47,239 nucleotides of DNA from IMG/VR virus record IMGVR_UViG_3300045988_137371; one strand, written 5' to 3'. A program made the translations under genes and the position numbers. The notes under the pieces are model-generated. The model did not search any database. It was given only the letters and a program-made list of their open reading frames with translations, and was not told the DNA's origin. Below, one piece after another: positions 1-8,214 of the stretch. This stretch comes from a virus. Position 1 is the first letter of the stretch, and each line of letters opens with the position of its first letter.

Positions 1-55
1 GATAAGCTACCACCCTTATCTAATCCCCTTAGCTAATAAATTAGCGAATATCTTA
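1..55. repeat. 55-bp terminal sequence identical to 47185..47239 (circular closure / assembly overlap)
   Basis: gataagctaccacccttatctaatccccttagctaataaattagcgaatatctta occurs at both ends of the window. Confidence 0.95.
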
Positions 56-81
56 TGTGTCCGGTGGTAGTTCGAACACCG

Positions 82-112
82 CAAATGTATAAACATTTTT
101 AATACTAACAAA
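82..112 (-). promoter_or_regulatory. Bacteroidota-type promoter (-33 TTTG / -7 TAcaTTTG), reading across the circular junction into 46235..47161
   Basis: Minus strand reads TTTG-N19-TACATTTG followed by CGGTGT. It matches the Bacteroides sigma-A -33/-7 consensus. Confidence 0.65.
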
Positions 113-113
113 C

Positions 114-148
114 AAAAGTGATATTTTTTTTATAGATAGATCACTTTT
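114..148 (-). terminator. Weak A/U-rich hairpin at the end of the 141..344 open frame
   Basis: 9-bp stem aaaagtgat/atcactttt with a 17-nt loop, followed on the minus strand by GUUUGUU. Confidence 0.35.
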
Positions 149-344
149 TTTGTTTGATTACAATTTCATTCCCGCATGATGGCAATATGATCATACTCCC
201 TAAATGGCTATTAACTTCCAGTTCTCCAAATTTATTTAGAGATACTGTATATTCGTTCCCTTCACCATCTTCAACGTTAATGCCATATGGTGCGTTTATC
301 TTCTCACGCTCATTCTGGTAATCAATTATTGAATTTCCATGATA
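141..344 (-). other. 67-codon open frame continuing in-frame past the TAG stop of 345..608, with no usable start codon
   Basis: Manual translation: YHGNSIIDYQNEREKINAPYGINVEDGEGNEYTVSLNKFGELEVNSHLGSMIILPSCGNEIVIKQKK, then a stop at 141-143. No ATG/GTG/TTG occurs in the first ~49 codons. Confidence 0.4.
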
Positions 345-608
345 CTATTTTTTATATTTATAGCTGTATAAATCTAAACCCCTTTTACGGAACTCATTCT
401 CTACTCTTTTTATTTCCCGATCTATTATTTCCTCAAAATGCTTACTTTGCTTGAGAGATTCTTGATCACGGTTCCTAAAATAGTTTTTTTGACATATACG
501 CAATTCTCGAACTGTCATAAAGAAAGTATGTGCATTCATATCATTTTCTTTTATGATTTTCTTTTTCCGATAATAACTCATCAATAGTTGATGTAGCTTT
601 TTCCTCAA
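345..608 (-). CDS. Hypothetical small protein. The likely true start is the ATG at 539, 1 nt after the upstream stop. It ends at a TAG.
   Basis: ORF track. An internal Met (MNAHTFF...) abuts the stop of 541..1095. Confidence 0.5.
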   Translation of the reverse strand: MRKKLHQLLMSYYRKKKIIKENDMNAHTFFMTVRELRICQKNYFRNRDQESLKQSKHFEEIIDREIKRVENEFRKRGLDLYSYKYKK

Positions 609-1095
609 ACTTCCTATAATAAATCATTTCCCGATCGGTAAAGAAATTATGCTCGATCCAATCAGTATAGCTAATCAAATCCTTATCGTATTGCTCTCTA
701 TTCTTACCAATGAATAGCTTCCGGTTGAAATCGGCGAACTTTTTTAGTGCCCTTCTCAGTTCTTCATACATGCTATACCATTCCGGCTTCATGATGTAGT
801 TCCGACTGGCGAAATATGCCATATACATATCAAGGTGGTATAATGACATATCAGCTTCAATCGTTGACAAGCTAAGGATTTGCCCCCCCCATGATGTTAG
901 GGCCTTATCTTGATTATCCGTTTGTAGCTTGAACTGTTTAGCTTCCATTATATCATCATACTCTGATTGTATCTTGTCTCGTACTTGCTGGTAGATGGCT
1001 ATTTTAGCCCAATCTCCGTTTTGAACGGCTTTAACCAATCGATCATTAGCCTCTCTTAATTTCTGCAATATTTGTTGCTCTTTTATCTTATCCAT
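541..1095 (-). CDS. Hypothetical protein
   Basis: 184-aa ORF packed in the operon. No motif recognised. Confidence 0.7.
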   Translation of the reverse strand: MDKIKEQQILQKLREANDRLVKAVQNGDWAKIAIYQQVRDKIQSEYDDIMEAKQFKLQTDNQDKALTSWGGQILSLSTIEADMSLYHLDMYMAYFASRNYIMKPEWYSMYEELRRALKKFADFNRKLFIGKNREQYDKDLISYTDWIEHNFFTDREMIYYRKFEEKATSTIDELLSEKENHKRK

Positions 1096-1098
1096 AAT

Positions 1099-1623
1099 TC
1101 AAGATAGATTACGTAATTCCTCAAATTTTTGTAATGTTATTTTATCCTCATTCAACTGTTTCAATATATTTGATCCGTCCAATCTGCCTTGTGTATAAAC
1201 AACCTTGCTGTATTGCTCTAAAGCTGTTATCAACGCATCTAATGATATTGCTGTAGTTTCTTGTATAACAGGAACGACATGCAACATGAATGATTCCCTA
1301 TAAATAGTATTGCCATGATTAAAGTAATCGATATTTTTAGATGCTTTTTCTGGCGAATCCAATGTCTCTAAAAAAAGATCAAAAGCCTTAACCAGATTAT
1401 CATAAACACCCGAATCAAAACTAGATATATATTTAACATCAAGATCATTGACTCTAAACATGACATAATTTTCGCTTTGTTTTTCCCGTGCCTCTTTTAT
1501 CTTCTTCATTTCCTTTAGATCACGTAGGCAAGCGAAGCATACGCTATCTTTATAGGCCCTTGGGGATTGCTGGGCCGATCTGCCACATCCGGGGCATGGC
1601 TCATTACCTGTATACCGTCTCAT
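1099..1623 (-). CDS. Hypothetical protein with an N-terminal CxxC...CxxC zinc ribbon
   Basis: CPGCG...CFAC lies near the N-terminus. A 4-nt overlap couples it to the upstream gene. Confidence 0.65.
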   Translation of the reverse strand: MRRYTGNEPCPGCGRSAQQSPRAYKDSVCFACLRDLKEMKKIKEAREKQSENYVMFRVNDLDVKYISSFDSGVYDNLVKAFDLFLETLDSPEKASKNIDYFNHGNTIYRESFMLHVVPVIQETTAISLDALITALEQYSKVVYTQGRLDGSNILKQLNEDKITLQKFEELRNLS

Positions 1624-1850
1624 CTTATTTTTTTCGCTTTAAATATTACGCTTTCCTTATCTGGCCTGTTATGGCCCATACAACAACATGAGAAACGGCA
1701 TTCTTTCGCACTTTCCAAATCCTTGTGAAAATAGCATCCGTTGCATATGTGTTTTACCGGGACATATATTTCCACTACTAATGTCCTCATCCCTACTTTA
1801 ACTTCCCAGCCTACGCTAGTGGTGCGTAGGCGTTCTTCTATTTCTCCCAT
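1620..1850 (-). CDS. Small Cys-rich protein
   Basis: 76 aa containing CNGCYFH...CRFSCCCMGH. Confidence 0.6.
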   Translation of the reverse strand: MGEIEERLRTTSVGWEVKVGMRTLVVEIYVPVKHICNGCYFHKDLESAKECRFSCCCMGHNRPDKESVIFKAKKIR

Positions 1851-1853
1851 GAC

Positions 1854-2519
1854 TTAACCTTTTATTCGTTTAATGTTTTCTTCGCTTTCGTTCGGTATAA
1901 GGGAAACGACCGGGAAACGGGACGGATCATTTGGCTTTTGACTCTTTGCGAAAGTTACATTGAGGTCAAATAACACATTCTTAACAAAACCATTGTTTTG
2001 CAAAACAGTATCGAATGATGTACGTATCTGCGGAATGCTTGATAGGTTCCCAGAAGTTCTAAACGTCCAACATCCGGCTATACCTCTTATCTTAGGTATG
2101 ATGAAGTTCATCGTTAGCTGGACTTTCCAACCTCTTTCTTTTTTAGGAAATAGATCGGATATGCGAGTCATGATATCCGGGTATTGTTCTATGCAAAATT
2201 CAGCGTAATGATCCTTATCCCATACCATAAAATTCATCCCGTCCCCATAAGCGAATCGGGAACCTTGTATATCTCGATACTCATAGTACTCATTACATAC
2301 TAAAGCTGGATCATCACTTGGGAAAACTATCTGTATCGAATCCGGCTTATCTCCATAAGCTTGCGTAAACAAGCTTGCGTATCTGCCTTTAGGGATAAAA
2401 TAGTCCACTGATTGCGGGAATCCTTTCTCATTTTTCATCCCCACATGAATAGTACCCACTCTAGGATACATCAATTTAGGCTCATCGCCTTCTGGCATTC
2501 TTATAATTCTACCTCCCAT
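1854..2519 (-). CDS. Conserved phage protein, possibly of the phiC31-gp3 / RDF-like family (recalled from memory, unverified)
   Basis: The pattern RVGTIHVGMK...P..VDYF...IQIVFP...YYEY...YGDGMNF resembles that family as I remember it. It sits next to the exonuclease. Confidence 0.45.
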   Translation of the reverse strand: MGGRIIRMPEGDEPKLMYPRVGTIHVGMKNEKGFPQSVDYFIPKGRYASLFTQAYGDKPDSIQIVFPSDDPALVCNEYYEYRDIQGSRFAYGDGMNFMVWDKDHYAEFCIEQYPDIMTRISDLFPKKERGWKVQLTMNFIIPKIRGIAGCWTFRTSGNLSSIPQIRTSFDTVLQNNGFVKNVLFDLNVTFAKSQKPNDPSRFPVVSLIPNESEENIKRIKG

Positions 2520-2539
2520 AATATGTATATTTTTTATTG

Positions 2540-3772
2540 TTAGAAATCAAAATTCTCCATCTTTAGTAGATCATCCAAACTTTTATCTTGGATATCTTTA
2601 CTCACATTGTCTTTATTTGGGCGTTCTGGGGCCTTTTCTGCGGGTTTATCCTCTTTGACCTTGTATCTATCCATGTACAAGTTTTCATGCTTGCCTTCGG
2701 CCTCTATTGGCTTTACCGGGGAAAAAGTCTCTTTTGACTCTGGTTTGGTATCATTGGGACTCTTAGATACAGCTTCCTCAATAGATATCATACTAATGTT
2801 ATCTTCTAAGCTTTTACCATATTCTATGATACCACCTACGCAAGATACCTTATTCTCCCGCTTCGAATCCTCTATATGAGCTAGGGCAATGATATAAGGA
2901 AGCTTCTTTGCGCTCTTAGAATCTGTTTGATCCTTGAAGTTAAATGTAGGCTTTGCGCCTCTCCAATCTTTAGGAGACCAATTGAACACTTTCGTTACCG
3001 GGCAATCCGGGAAATTCTCGTTCCAAGCTTCCTTATAAGCGTGCAACTGAATCTCATGAGCCTCAAAAAAACCCTTTCTTCCAGATTTATTATCTATAAT
3101 AGCCTGTATTCTTTCTCCTTTATAATCTAAGGACGCTTTAATATCTATAGCTCCGGCATAAAGATTAATATCGGAAGACAAAACGAGTTCCAACGCCTCA
3201 ACTTCAACATTATATTCGTAGACAAATTGCGCCCACGCTAATAGATCACGTTGCAAAGGATCAAATTCGGCAATAAATGAGGCTGGCAACATATGATCCT
3301 CTATATAGCTCATGAGCCTTTCCTTGACCAATCCAAGATTGTACGTTTTATCGATACAGAATCGTGTTATCTCCCCATGAAGGAAAGTCCCGTAATCGGC
3401 CCGCATTCGAGCATATCGTACCGCATCCTCATAGCCCCGATCCCCATAATATTTCAACAATGCTTGGTTTGTTGGCAGAGCGTTAGCTATCATTGTCGTT
3501 ACAGAGATATAAAAAATAGGCTTACCAGCATCATCAAAGGAATAGTAATACCTGTAATCCCCAAAATCCAGACGAAACATTTTTTTGGGTTGGGCCTTTA
3601 ACGCTTTCTCATCGAAATATTCCGGCTCGATAAGCTGGGATGTTATTCCCGGTGCGATCTCCAATAATTTAGGCATTTCTATACCTACATTCTCTATTTC
3701 CTGTTTTACTTCGTTCCCTAGACCTTCGTTTAGGCCCACGCCTTCCATCTTAAATAAATTGTAATCTTCCAT
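2540..3772 (-). CDS. PD-(D/E)XK (RecB/Cas4-like) exonuclease
   Basis: Motifs GAIDIKAS, AIIDNKSG (D-x-K) and QLHAYK (QxxxY). It has a long low-complexity acidic/lysine tail ending in ...DDLLKMENFDF. Confidence 0.7.
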   Translation of the reverse strand: MEDYNLFKMEGVGLNEGLGNEVKQEIENVGIEMPKLLEIAPGITSQLIEPEYFDEKALKAQPKKMFRLDFGDYRYYYSFDDAGKPIFYISVTTMIANALPTNQALLKYYGDRGYEDAVRYARMRADYGTFLHGEITRFCIDKTYNLGLVKERLMSYIEDHMLPASFIAEFDPLQRDLLAWAQFVYEYNVEVEALELVLSSDINLYAGAIDIKASLDYKGERIQAIIDNKSGRKGFFEAHEIQLHAYKEAWNENFPDCPVTKVFNWSPKDWRGAKPTFNFKDQTDSKSAKKLPYIIALAHIEDSKRENKVSCVGGIIEYGKSLEDNISMISIEEAVSKSPNDTKPESKETFSPVKPIEAEGKHENLYMDRYKVKEDKPAEKAPERPNKDNVSKDIQDKSLDDLLKMENFDF

Positions 3773-3787
3773 ATTCTATTTTTTTTG

Positions 3788-3818
3788 CAAATATATAACT
3801 ATTGATTATACAATACAA
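3788..3818 (-). promoter_or_regulatory. Promoter-like element (TTGT-N19-TAtaTTTG) upstream of 2540..3772
   Basis: Perfect -7 box but an imperfect -33. Only ~16 nt separate the -7 box from the ATG. Confidence 0.45.
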
Positions 3819-3826
3819 GCATTTTA

Positions 3827-4108
3827 CTAATTATTACTTGCATTTTCATCGCTTTCTTTAATTATATCTTCGATCTTTCTTTCCGTTTCTTCCTCAATCG
3901 ATTTTGTGTATCGATACAACGAATAGATAACAGACAAAAACGCTATACCAACAAATAGCACTACTCCAATGCCGAACCAAATAATCTTACCGAACGACAC
4001 GGAGATAAAATCTATTCCGGACAATAAAGCTGTCATTAAGTACACCATGCCGCAAATGATCGTTAATTGCATGATCCTATGGATCAATCCTCTTTTTTTA
4101 ATTCCCAT
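3827..4108 (-). CDS. Small membrane protein (about 2 TM segments)
   Basis: Hydrophobic stretches LTIICGMVYLMTALL and IIWFGIGVVLFVGIAFLSVI. The TAG stop is followed immediately by a TAA. Confidence 0.6.
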   Translation of the reverse strand: MGIKKRGLIHRIMQLTIICGMVYLMTALLSGIDFISVSFGKIIWFGIGVVLFVGIAFLSVIYSLYRYTKSIEEETERKIEDIIKESDENASNN

Positions 4109-4109
4109 T

Positions 4110-4358
4110 TTATTCGTCTTTATTTATTCCTAATAAAAAATCCGCTGTCACTCCACATTCTTCCGATATTATCTTTATCCAATCTGGGGACACTCTCGCC
4201 GTTTCGCCATTAACCAGATTATACATATTAACCCTTTGGGCCGCTGGGGTTGAATCTGGCCATATCTTTCTGGCTATTTTCATCTGCGTAACTTTTACAC
4301 CTTTGCTTTTGGCCATTTCTATAGCCTCTTTAATCTTTAATACTCCCATTTTCATCAC
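4110..4358 (-). CDS. XRE-family helix-turn-helix transcriptional regulator
   Basis: VTQMKIARKIW...RVNMYNLVNG...ISEECGVTADFLLG fits the HTH_3 pattern. The track uses a GTG start, and the true start may be an internal ATG. Confidence 0.75.
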   Translation of the reverse strand: MMKMGVLKIKEAIEMAKSKGVKVTQMKIARKIWPDSTPAAQRVNMYNLVNGETARVSPDWIKIISEECGVTADFLLGINKDE

Positions 4359-4506
4359 AAATTAAAATTTTACCACATTCACATTTATAAATAGCTTCTG
4401 TCACCTCAAATACTGGTGGTAACATGAAGTCATAAGTTACCCAATTCCCTACGCTATCGATCAACGTAGCGTTATTTCCACAATAAGGACATTCAATTTC
4501 TTCCAT
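4330..4506 (-). CDS. 58-aa zinc-ribbon protein, below the ORF-track size cut-off
   Basis: Manual translation: MEEIECPYCGNNATLIDSVGNWVTYDFMLPPVFEVTEAIYKCECGKILICDENGSIKD. It fills the 134-nt gap and overlaps both neighbours. Confidence 0.5.
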   Translation of the reverse strand: MEEIECPYCGNNATLIDSVGNWVTYDFMLPPVFEVTEAIYKCECGKILICDENGSIKD

Positions 4507-4744
4507 ACTCCTTCAAATATTTAAAGAAAATACTTTTCCAGTTATCAAACATTTCCATTACTTGCGGCCCCATGTGCCGTTCATTAATCGAGAAAGACGT
4601 TAATTCCCTATCGAAATTATCCAATAGTCTTAAACTACATACATTTGACTCGCTAGAGGTATCATAACTTATCTCTAGGATGCTATCTACCTTAGCTTTT
4701 ATTGCCTCTACTTGCAATGATTGAAATTCCTTTACTACTTCCAT
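4493..4744 (-). CDS. Hypothetical small protein
   Basis: 83-aa ORF in the operon. Confidence 0.6.
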   Translation of the reverse strand: MEVVKEFQSLQVEAIKAKVDSILEISYDTSSESNVCSLRLLDNFDRELTSFSINERHMGPQVMEMFDNWKSIFFKYLKEYGRN

Positions 4745-4745
4745 A

Positions 4746-4994
4746 TTAATATAAATAAAATCTTATTACCAAGCCACGTCTTAATTTACATGTGCAAACG
4801 TCTTTACCTTCTCTGAACGCCCTATCGATAAGTTTGTTCGTTAGATCGATCCCGATTAGGTTTATGAGACCGGAGACACCTACTAAAGTAGTAATCTTCT
4901 TCCCGTTCAATATCCCATTTACCTTAATCTTAAAGCTCATGTTTATTTTCCTAGTTGGCCATTTGAGGCCATTGTAAATATCACCCGGTTTCAT
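4746..4994 (-). CDS. Hypothetical small protein (first gene after the promoter)
   Basis: 82-aa ORF about 25 nt downstream of a canonical promoter. Confidence 0.6.
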   Translation of the reverse strand: MKPGDIYNGLKWPTRKINMSFKIKVNGILNGKKITTLVGVSGLINLIGIDLTNKLIDRAFREGKDVCTCKLRRGLVIRFYLY

Positions 4995-5018
4995 AACTAA
5001 TCTTTATTGTTGACACCG

Positions 5019-5048
5019 CAAATATACTAAGTTTTTTTTATATACAAA
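5019..5048 (-). promoter_or_regulatory. Bacteroidota-type promoter (TTTG-N18-TAtaTTTG)
   Basis: Canonical -33/-7 elements. About 45 nt are nearly identical to the promoter at 44807..44837, including the downstream GYRGTGTCAACAATAAA. Confidence 0.7.
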
Positions 5049-5173
5049 GCGTAAACGATAATTTTTTATTATATTTTTATTGAATGTAGTTATTTTGTTC
5101 TGATTTTCGATTTAAGCCACTTTTTACCCCCCCCTATATTGATATATCCGGCAAACGATATCGCCTTAAACGC

Positions 5174-5202
5174 AAAAAGAGAGGCGTTTCACAACGTCTC
5201 TC
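5174..5202 (-). terminator. Intrinsic terminator after the lysis cassette
   Basis: Minus strand reads gagagacguu-GUGA-aacgccucuc (10 bp, one mismatch, GNRA loop), then UUUUU. Confidence 0.6.
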
Positions 5203-5251
5203 TCTCTAGCTGTCTTTAACAAAACCAATTTAAAAAACAAATAATAAACGA

Positions 5252-5851
5252 CTACTGCCGTATGGTGATCCATTCCGCACCCAACACTTTAGTATGAGGA
5301 TTTAGCGGGATGATCTCTTTGCGACTTTCTTTCACTCCCCATTTTATGAACAAAAATCTCTTAGGTATAATATGGTCTATGATCTTGAAAGAGTCTCTAT
5401 TTTCGTATTTGCCTGTAAAGTTATCATATTTATCTACACATCCAATGAAATCATACCATTTATCGGATATATTTACGCATCTAAGGGTATCTACTATATA
5501 GTTATCTCTGTATACTATCGAATCCTTTACGTGCCCTTTAAGATCGTTAATAGTTCTAGTTTGCATATCAGTGATGGATTGCAACCTACTTTTATCAACC
5601 TTCAACGACTCGATAAGCTTTATGTCCTCTGATCTGATACGTTTGTACTCCTTCAATGTCAAAGCCATATCAGTTAATGTTACCACGTTCAACGAGTCTT
5701 TAGTTTTATAGGTCTGCATATCCCCTAAAGCTATCTCCATATTCTTTCGATATATTTCCTTTTGCTCTAGGTTATCCTTATAGCCTTTCCACAGCCAACA
5801 ACAAATGATGATTAAGATAGGTATACCTATCATTTCGATCCACTTTCTCAT
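5252..5851 (-). CDS. N-terminally membrane-anchored coiled-coil protein, a possible spanin-like lysis accessory
   Basis: TM segment IGIPILIIICCWLW followed by coiled-coil. It overlaps the amidase gene by 4 nt. Confidence 0.4.
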   Translation of the reverse strand: MRKWIEMIGIPILIIICCWLWKGYKDNLEQKEIYRKNMEIALGDMQTYKTKDSLNVVTLTDMALTLKEYKRIRSEDIKLIESLKVDKSRLQSITDMQTRTINDLKGHVKDSIVYRDNYIVDTLRCVNISDKWYDFIGCVDKYDNFTGKYENRDSFKIIDHIIPKRFLFIKWGVKESRKEIIPLNPHTKVLGAEWITIRQ

Positions 5852-6324
5852 ATCAGTAGGTATTTATATTCCGGTATAGCGTCAAAACAAGGGCACGCTT
5901 TTATTCTTTCACAGGGATCAATAACCCCATTCCCGTTCAAGTCCGGGGAAACATCCCTGTGCCCTATGATGGCTTTTATCTCCCATCTGGTTTGTATATT
6001 ACGTATAAGATCGATAATAGCAACCTTTTGGGCCTTCGTACGGGTATCTTTCTCTTTTCCGTTTGAGTCCAACCCGCCTTCATAGCAAATCCCTATAGAG
6101 TGCGAGTTATGGCCTTTTGTATGTGCTCCTACCTCATCCTCATTTCGTCCTACATAGATTTTACCATCTTTTCGGATGTAGTATTGATACCCGATATGTT
6201 TTAACTTGCCGGGAACCGATCTTTTGTACCCGGCTATTTTATGGCTCATATCAACTTGCTCAACCGTGAAATCAGCGTTTTCACGTGTTGCGCTACAATG
6301 TATTATTATCGTGTCTGGTCTCAT
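5848..6324 (-). CDS. N-acetylmuramoyl-L-alanine amidase (Amidase_2/PGRP-type endolysin)
   Basis: IIIHCSAT...GYQYYIRKDGKIYVGR...GAHTKGHNSHSIGICYEGG...IIGHRD. Confidence 0.9.
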   Translation of the reverse strand: MRPDTIIIHCSATRENADFTVEQVDMSHKIAGYKRSVPGKLKHIGYQYYIRKDGKIYVGRNEDEVGAHTKGHNSHSIGICYEGGLDSNGKEKDTRTKAQKVAIIDLIRNIQTRWEIKAIIGHRDVSPDLNGNGVIDPCERIKACPCFDAIPEYKYLLI

Positions 6325-6787
6325 TTTGAATTTTATTTATAAGATTAATAGCCTCGTTAACATCTTTAGTTTCCACGATCTTTTTAGCTATGGCTATGAC
6401 TTGCGCTGCCGCTTCTGGGATATCCCCCGCATGCGATTTCTTACGTTTGCTATTCTCTAATACGCTACCGCCTTCAATCAGTAATATCGCAACGGTACAT
6501 AATATTGTGGCGAAAGGCATTTTATAGAAAATAAAAAAGAACCCAATAACATCGAAAAGAAAGGTAAACATAAGGACCCGAAAATAATCGCCTATTTTTG
6601 TTATCGTTCTCCTAAACCCTTTTGAGTTCCGTTTTTCTCCAAGTGCTTTAGCGGTATTAATCCCGCTCCAAAAATCTATCATACACCCACTAGCCATAAG
6701 AAACCAACACAGCATGATTATAGCTAGCCTCAACACCATATAATTATACAGACCTAAATAGTTCCCTGTCTCAATAAATTCTATCAT
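6293..6787 (-). CDS. Holin (multi-TM, with an E..S.LEN motif)
   Basis: 3-4 hydrophobic helices, IDFWSG, and LLIEGGSVLENSKR. It lies immediately upstream of the amidase and overlaps it. Confidence 0.75.
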   Translation of the reverse strand: MIEFIETGNYLGLYNYMVLRLAIIMLCWFLMASGCMIDFWSGINTAKALGEKRNSKGFRRTITKIGDYFRVLMFTFLFDVIGFFFIFYKMPFATILCTVAILLIEGGSVLENSKRKKSHAGDIPEAAAQVIAIAKKIVETKDVNEAINLINKIQNETRHDNNTL

Positions 6788-6798
6788 TTCTTCAACGC

Positions 6799-6818
6799 AA
6801 AAGGCCGGGAACCCGGCC
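6799..6818 (-). terminator. GC-rich intrinsic terminator, 11 nt upstream of the holin ATG
   Basis: Minus strand reads GGCCGG-GUUC-CCGGCC followed by UUUU. Confidence 0.65.
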
Positions 6819-6823
6819 TGTTA

Positions 6824-7462
6824 TTAAATGTACCTTTTGAAATCTATCTCATCCAAATCCCCTTGGCCTATATAATCGCTTAGCCAACGGTTGAAGATCG
6901 CACCGGGATAACCATCTGGATCGCTAATCGCATCGTAGGCGTTTTTGATACAATCTACTTCCGTTTTAACGGAATGAGGAAAATAATCGGCGTAACACAT
7001 GTTAGCATGATATTGAGCGTCATAAATACGACTCTCATCGCATTTTAGCCCCAGCTTTTCAAAAGCGGCCATTACTTCTTTTGCGCTCCAAGAATGCAAA
7101 GGCGGCTCATCTACGCTTCTGCCTTGCTCAATCTCGATTTTGTTCACCATTTGGGAACAGGCCCATTTTGCCAAATCCTTGTTGAAATGCGAGCCATAAT
7201 GCAAGATGTATTGCATATAGTCTACTCCGATATGGAAGTATTTTTCTCCCTTCTCTTTGAGTTTCTTTTTCAACTCAAACATTTCATCATCATCTATGGT
7301 TTCGTCCTCATCATCATTATAGCCCCATTCATTTCGATGATCATGTTGCTCATGATGTTTATTAGGCTTACCATGTGACGGATGATCCGGCATACTATCA
7401 TGGTGGTATCTCTTACCCAATACCCTATGATTCCCGTGATTAACAATTAAAATTTTCTTCAT
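6824..7462 (-). CDS. Hypothetical protein with a His-rich N-terminus followed by an acidic run
   Basis: HGNHRVLGKRYHHDSMPDHPSHGKPNKHHEQHDHRNEW, then DDEDETIDDDE. Confidence 0.6.
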   Translation of the reverse strand: MKKILIVNHGNHRVLGKRYHHDSMPDHPSHGKPNKHHEQHDHRNEWGYNDDEDETIDDDEMFELKKKLKEKGEKYFHIGVDYMQYILHYGSHFNKDLAKWACSQMVNKIEIEQGRSVDEPPLHSWSAKEVMAAFEKLGLKCDESRIYDAQYHANMCYADYFPHSVKTEVDCIKNAYDAISDPDGYPGAIFNRWLSDYIGQGDLDEIDFKRYI

Positions 7463-7474
7463 GTCTATGATATT

Positions 7475-8014
7475 TTAGGCTTTCGCCGTTTGTTCTACCT
7501 CATTCTTGCTAGGCTCCTTCGTAAACAATGCGTTGTGGATATCCATAACCATTTGTCTTACCGGATCGATCTCTTTCTTAATCCGATCATCCAATATCTT
7601 CTCTATGTTGGCCGAACCTTGTTGCGTGTCCTCTTGTGGTACCAGATCGCCGAACTCACTCATGATCGAGTCGCATTCCTCAACTATTTTTTCATACCTA
7701 CTTTTAGAATTGATGATTGATTGTGCGTTCTGCTTGATAATCTTCAATTCATTAAGCACTAATTCCGGGTTAGGGGAATAAGCGATACCATCATAGATTG
7801 ATATATCAGAATCCATTTCGAGCGCAACGTTATATTTCTGCCCTTGGAAATCCATCGTAAACTGGCATACGGAAGCATATGTGTTTCCAACCTTTTGAAA
7901 TTCCGGTTTGCCTACAGCCGCTATCGATAAAACATACACGGAAGGGATACCCGTTCGCATACTTTTCTCTAACGCTAGGACTTTATCGTTTGGTTTAAGA
8001 TCAGCTATTTTCAT
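7475..8014 (-). CDS. Hypothetical protein
   Basis: 179-aa ORF. Confidence 0.6.
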   Translation of the reverse strand: MKIADLKPNDKVLALEKSMRTGIPSVYVLSIAAVGKPEFQKVGNTYASVCQFTMDFQGQKYNVALEMDSDISIYDGIAYSPNPELVLNELKIIKQNAQSIINSKSRYEKIVEECDSIMSEFGDLVPQEDTQQGSANIEKILDDRIKKEIDPVRQMVMDIHNALFTKEPSKNEVEQTAKA

Positions 8015-8199
8015 TTACCATTTACTCCTATCATTCCCAAACCTACTTGTACCATATCCGGGTGCGCTTTCATGAAATCTACCAATTTAAGGAATGTATC
8101 TACCCCAAAATGATCAATCATTCCCTGTGCTTCATTAGCTACCCTTTTGGCCGTTTCTTGGTCTGGACAATTAGTTATTAGACATATTTTGTATTCCAT
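8011..8199 (-). CDS. Hypothetical small protein
   Basis: 62-aa ORF with a 4-nt overlap with the downstream gene. Confidence 0.5.
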   Translation of the reverse strand: MEYKICLITNCPDQETAKRVANEAQGMIDHFGVDTFLKLVDFMKAHPDMVQVGLGMIGVNGK

Positions 8200-8214
8200 A
8201 TTCTTTTAAATAGC

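Noticed and set aside
61-85. A GTTCGAA-containing hairpin (ccggtggtagttcgaacaccg) that looks superficially like a tRNA T-arm.
   Set aside because: The loop is 10 nt rather than 7, and no acceptor, D or anticodon arms can be drawn around it. It lies in the transcribed leader just downstream of a promoter -7 box. I saw no tRNA anywhere in the window.
883-890. A C8 homopolymer (G8 on the coding strand) inside 541..1095.
   Set aside because: The ORF reads straight through it (…TSWGGQ…) with no frame break, so there is no evidence of switching.
5127-5134. A C8 homopolymer in the intergenic region between the lysis cassette and the 5019 promoter.
   Set aside because: It lies about 80 nt upstream of the -33 element and overlaps no ORF. 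I could not link it to any function.
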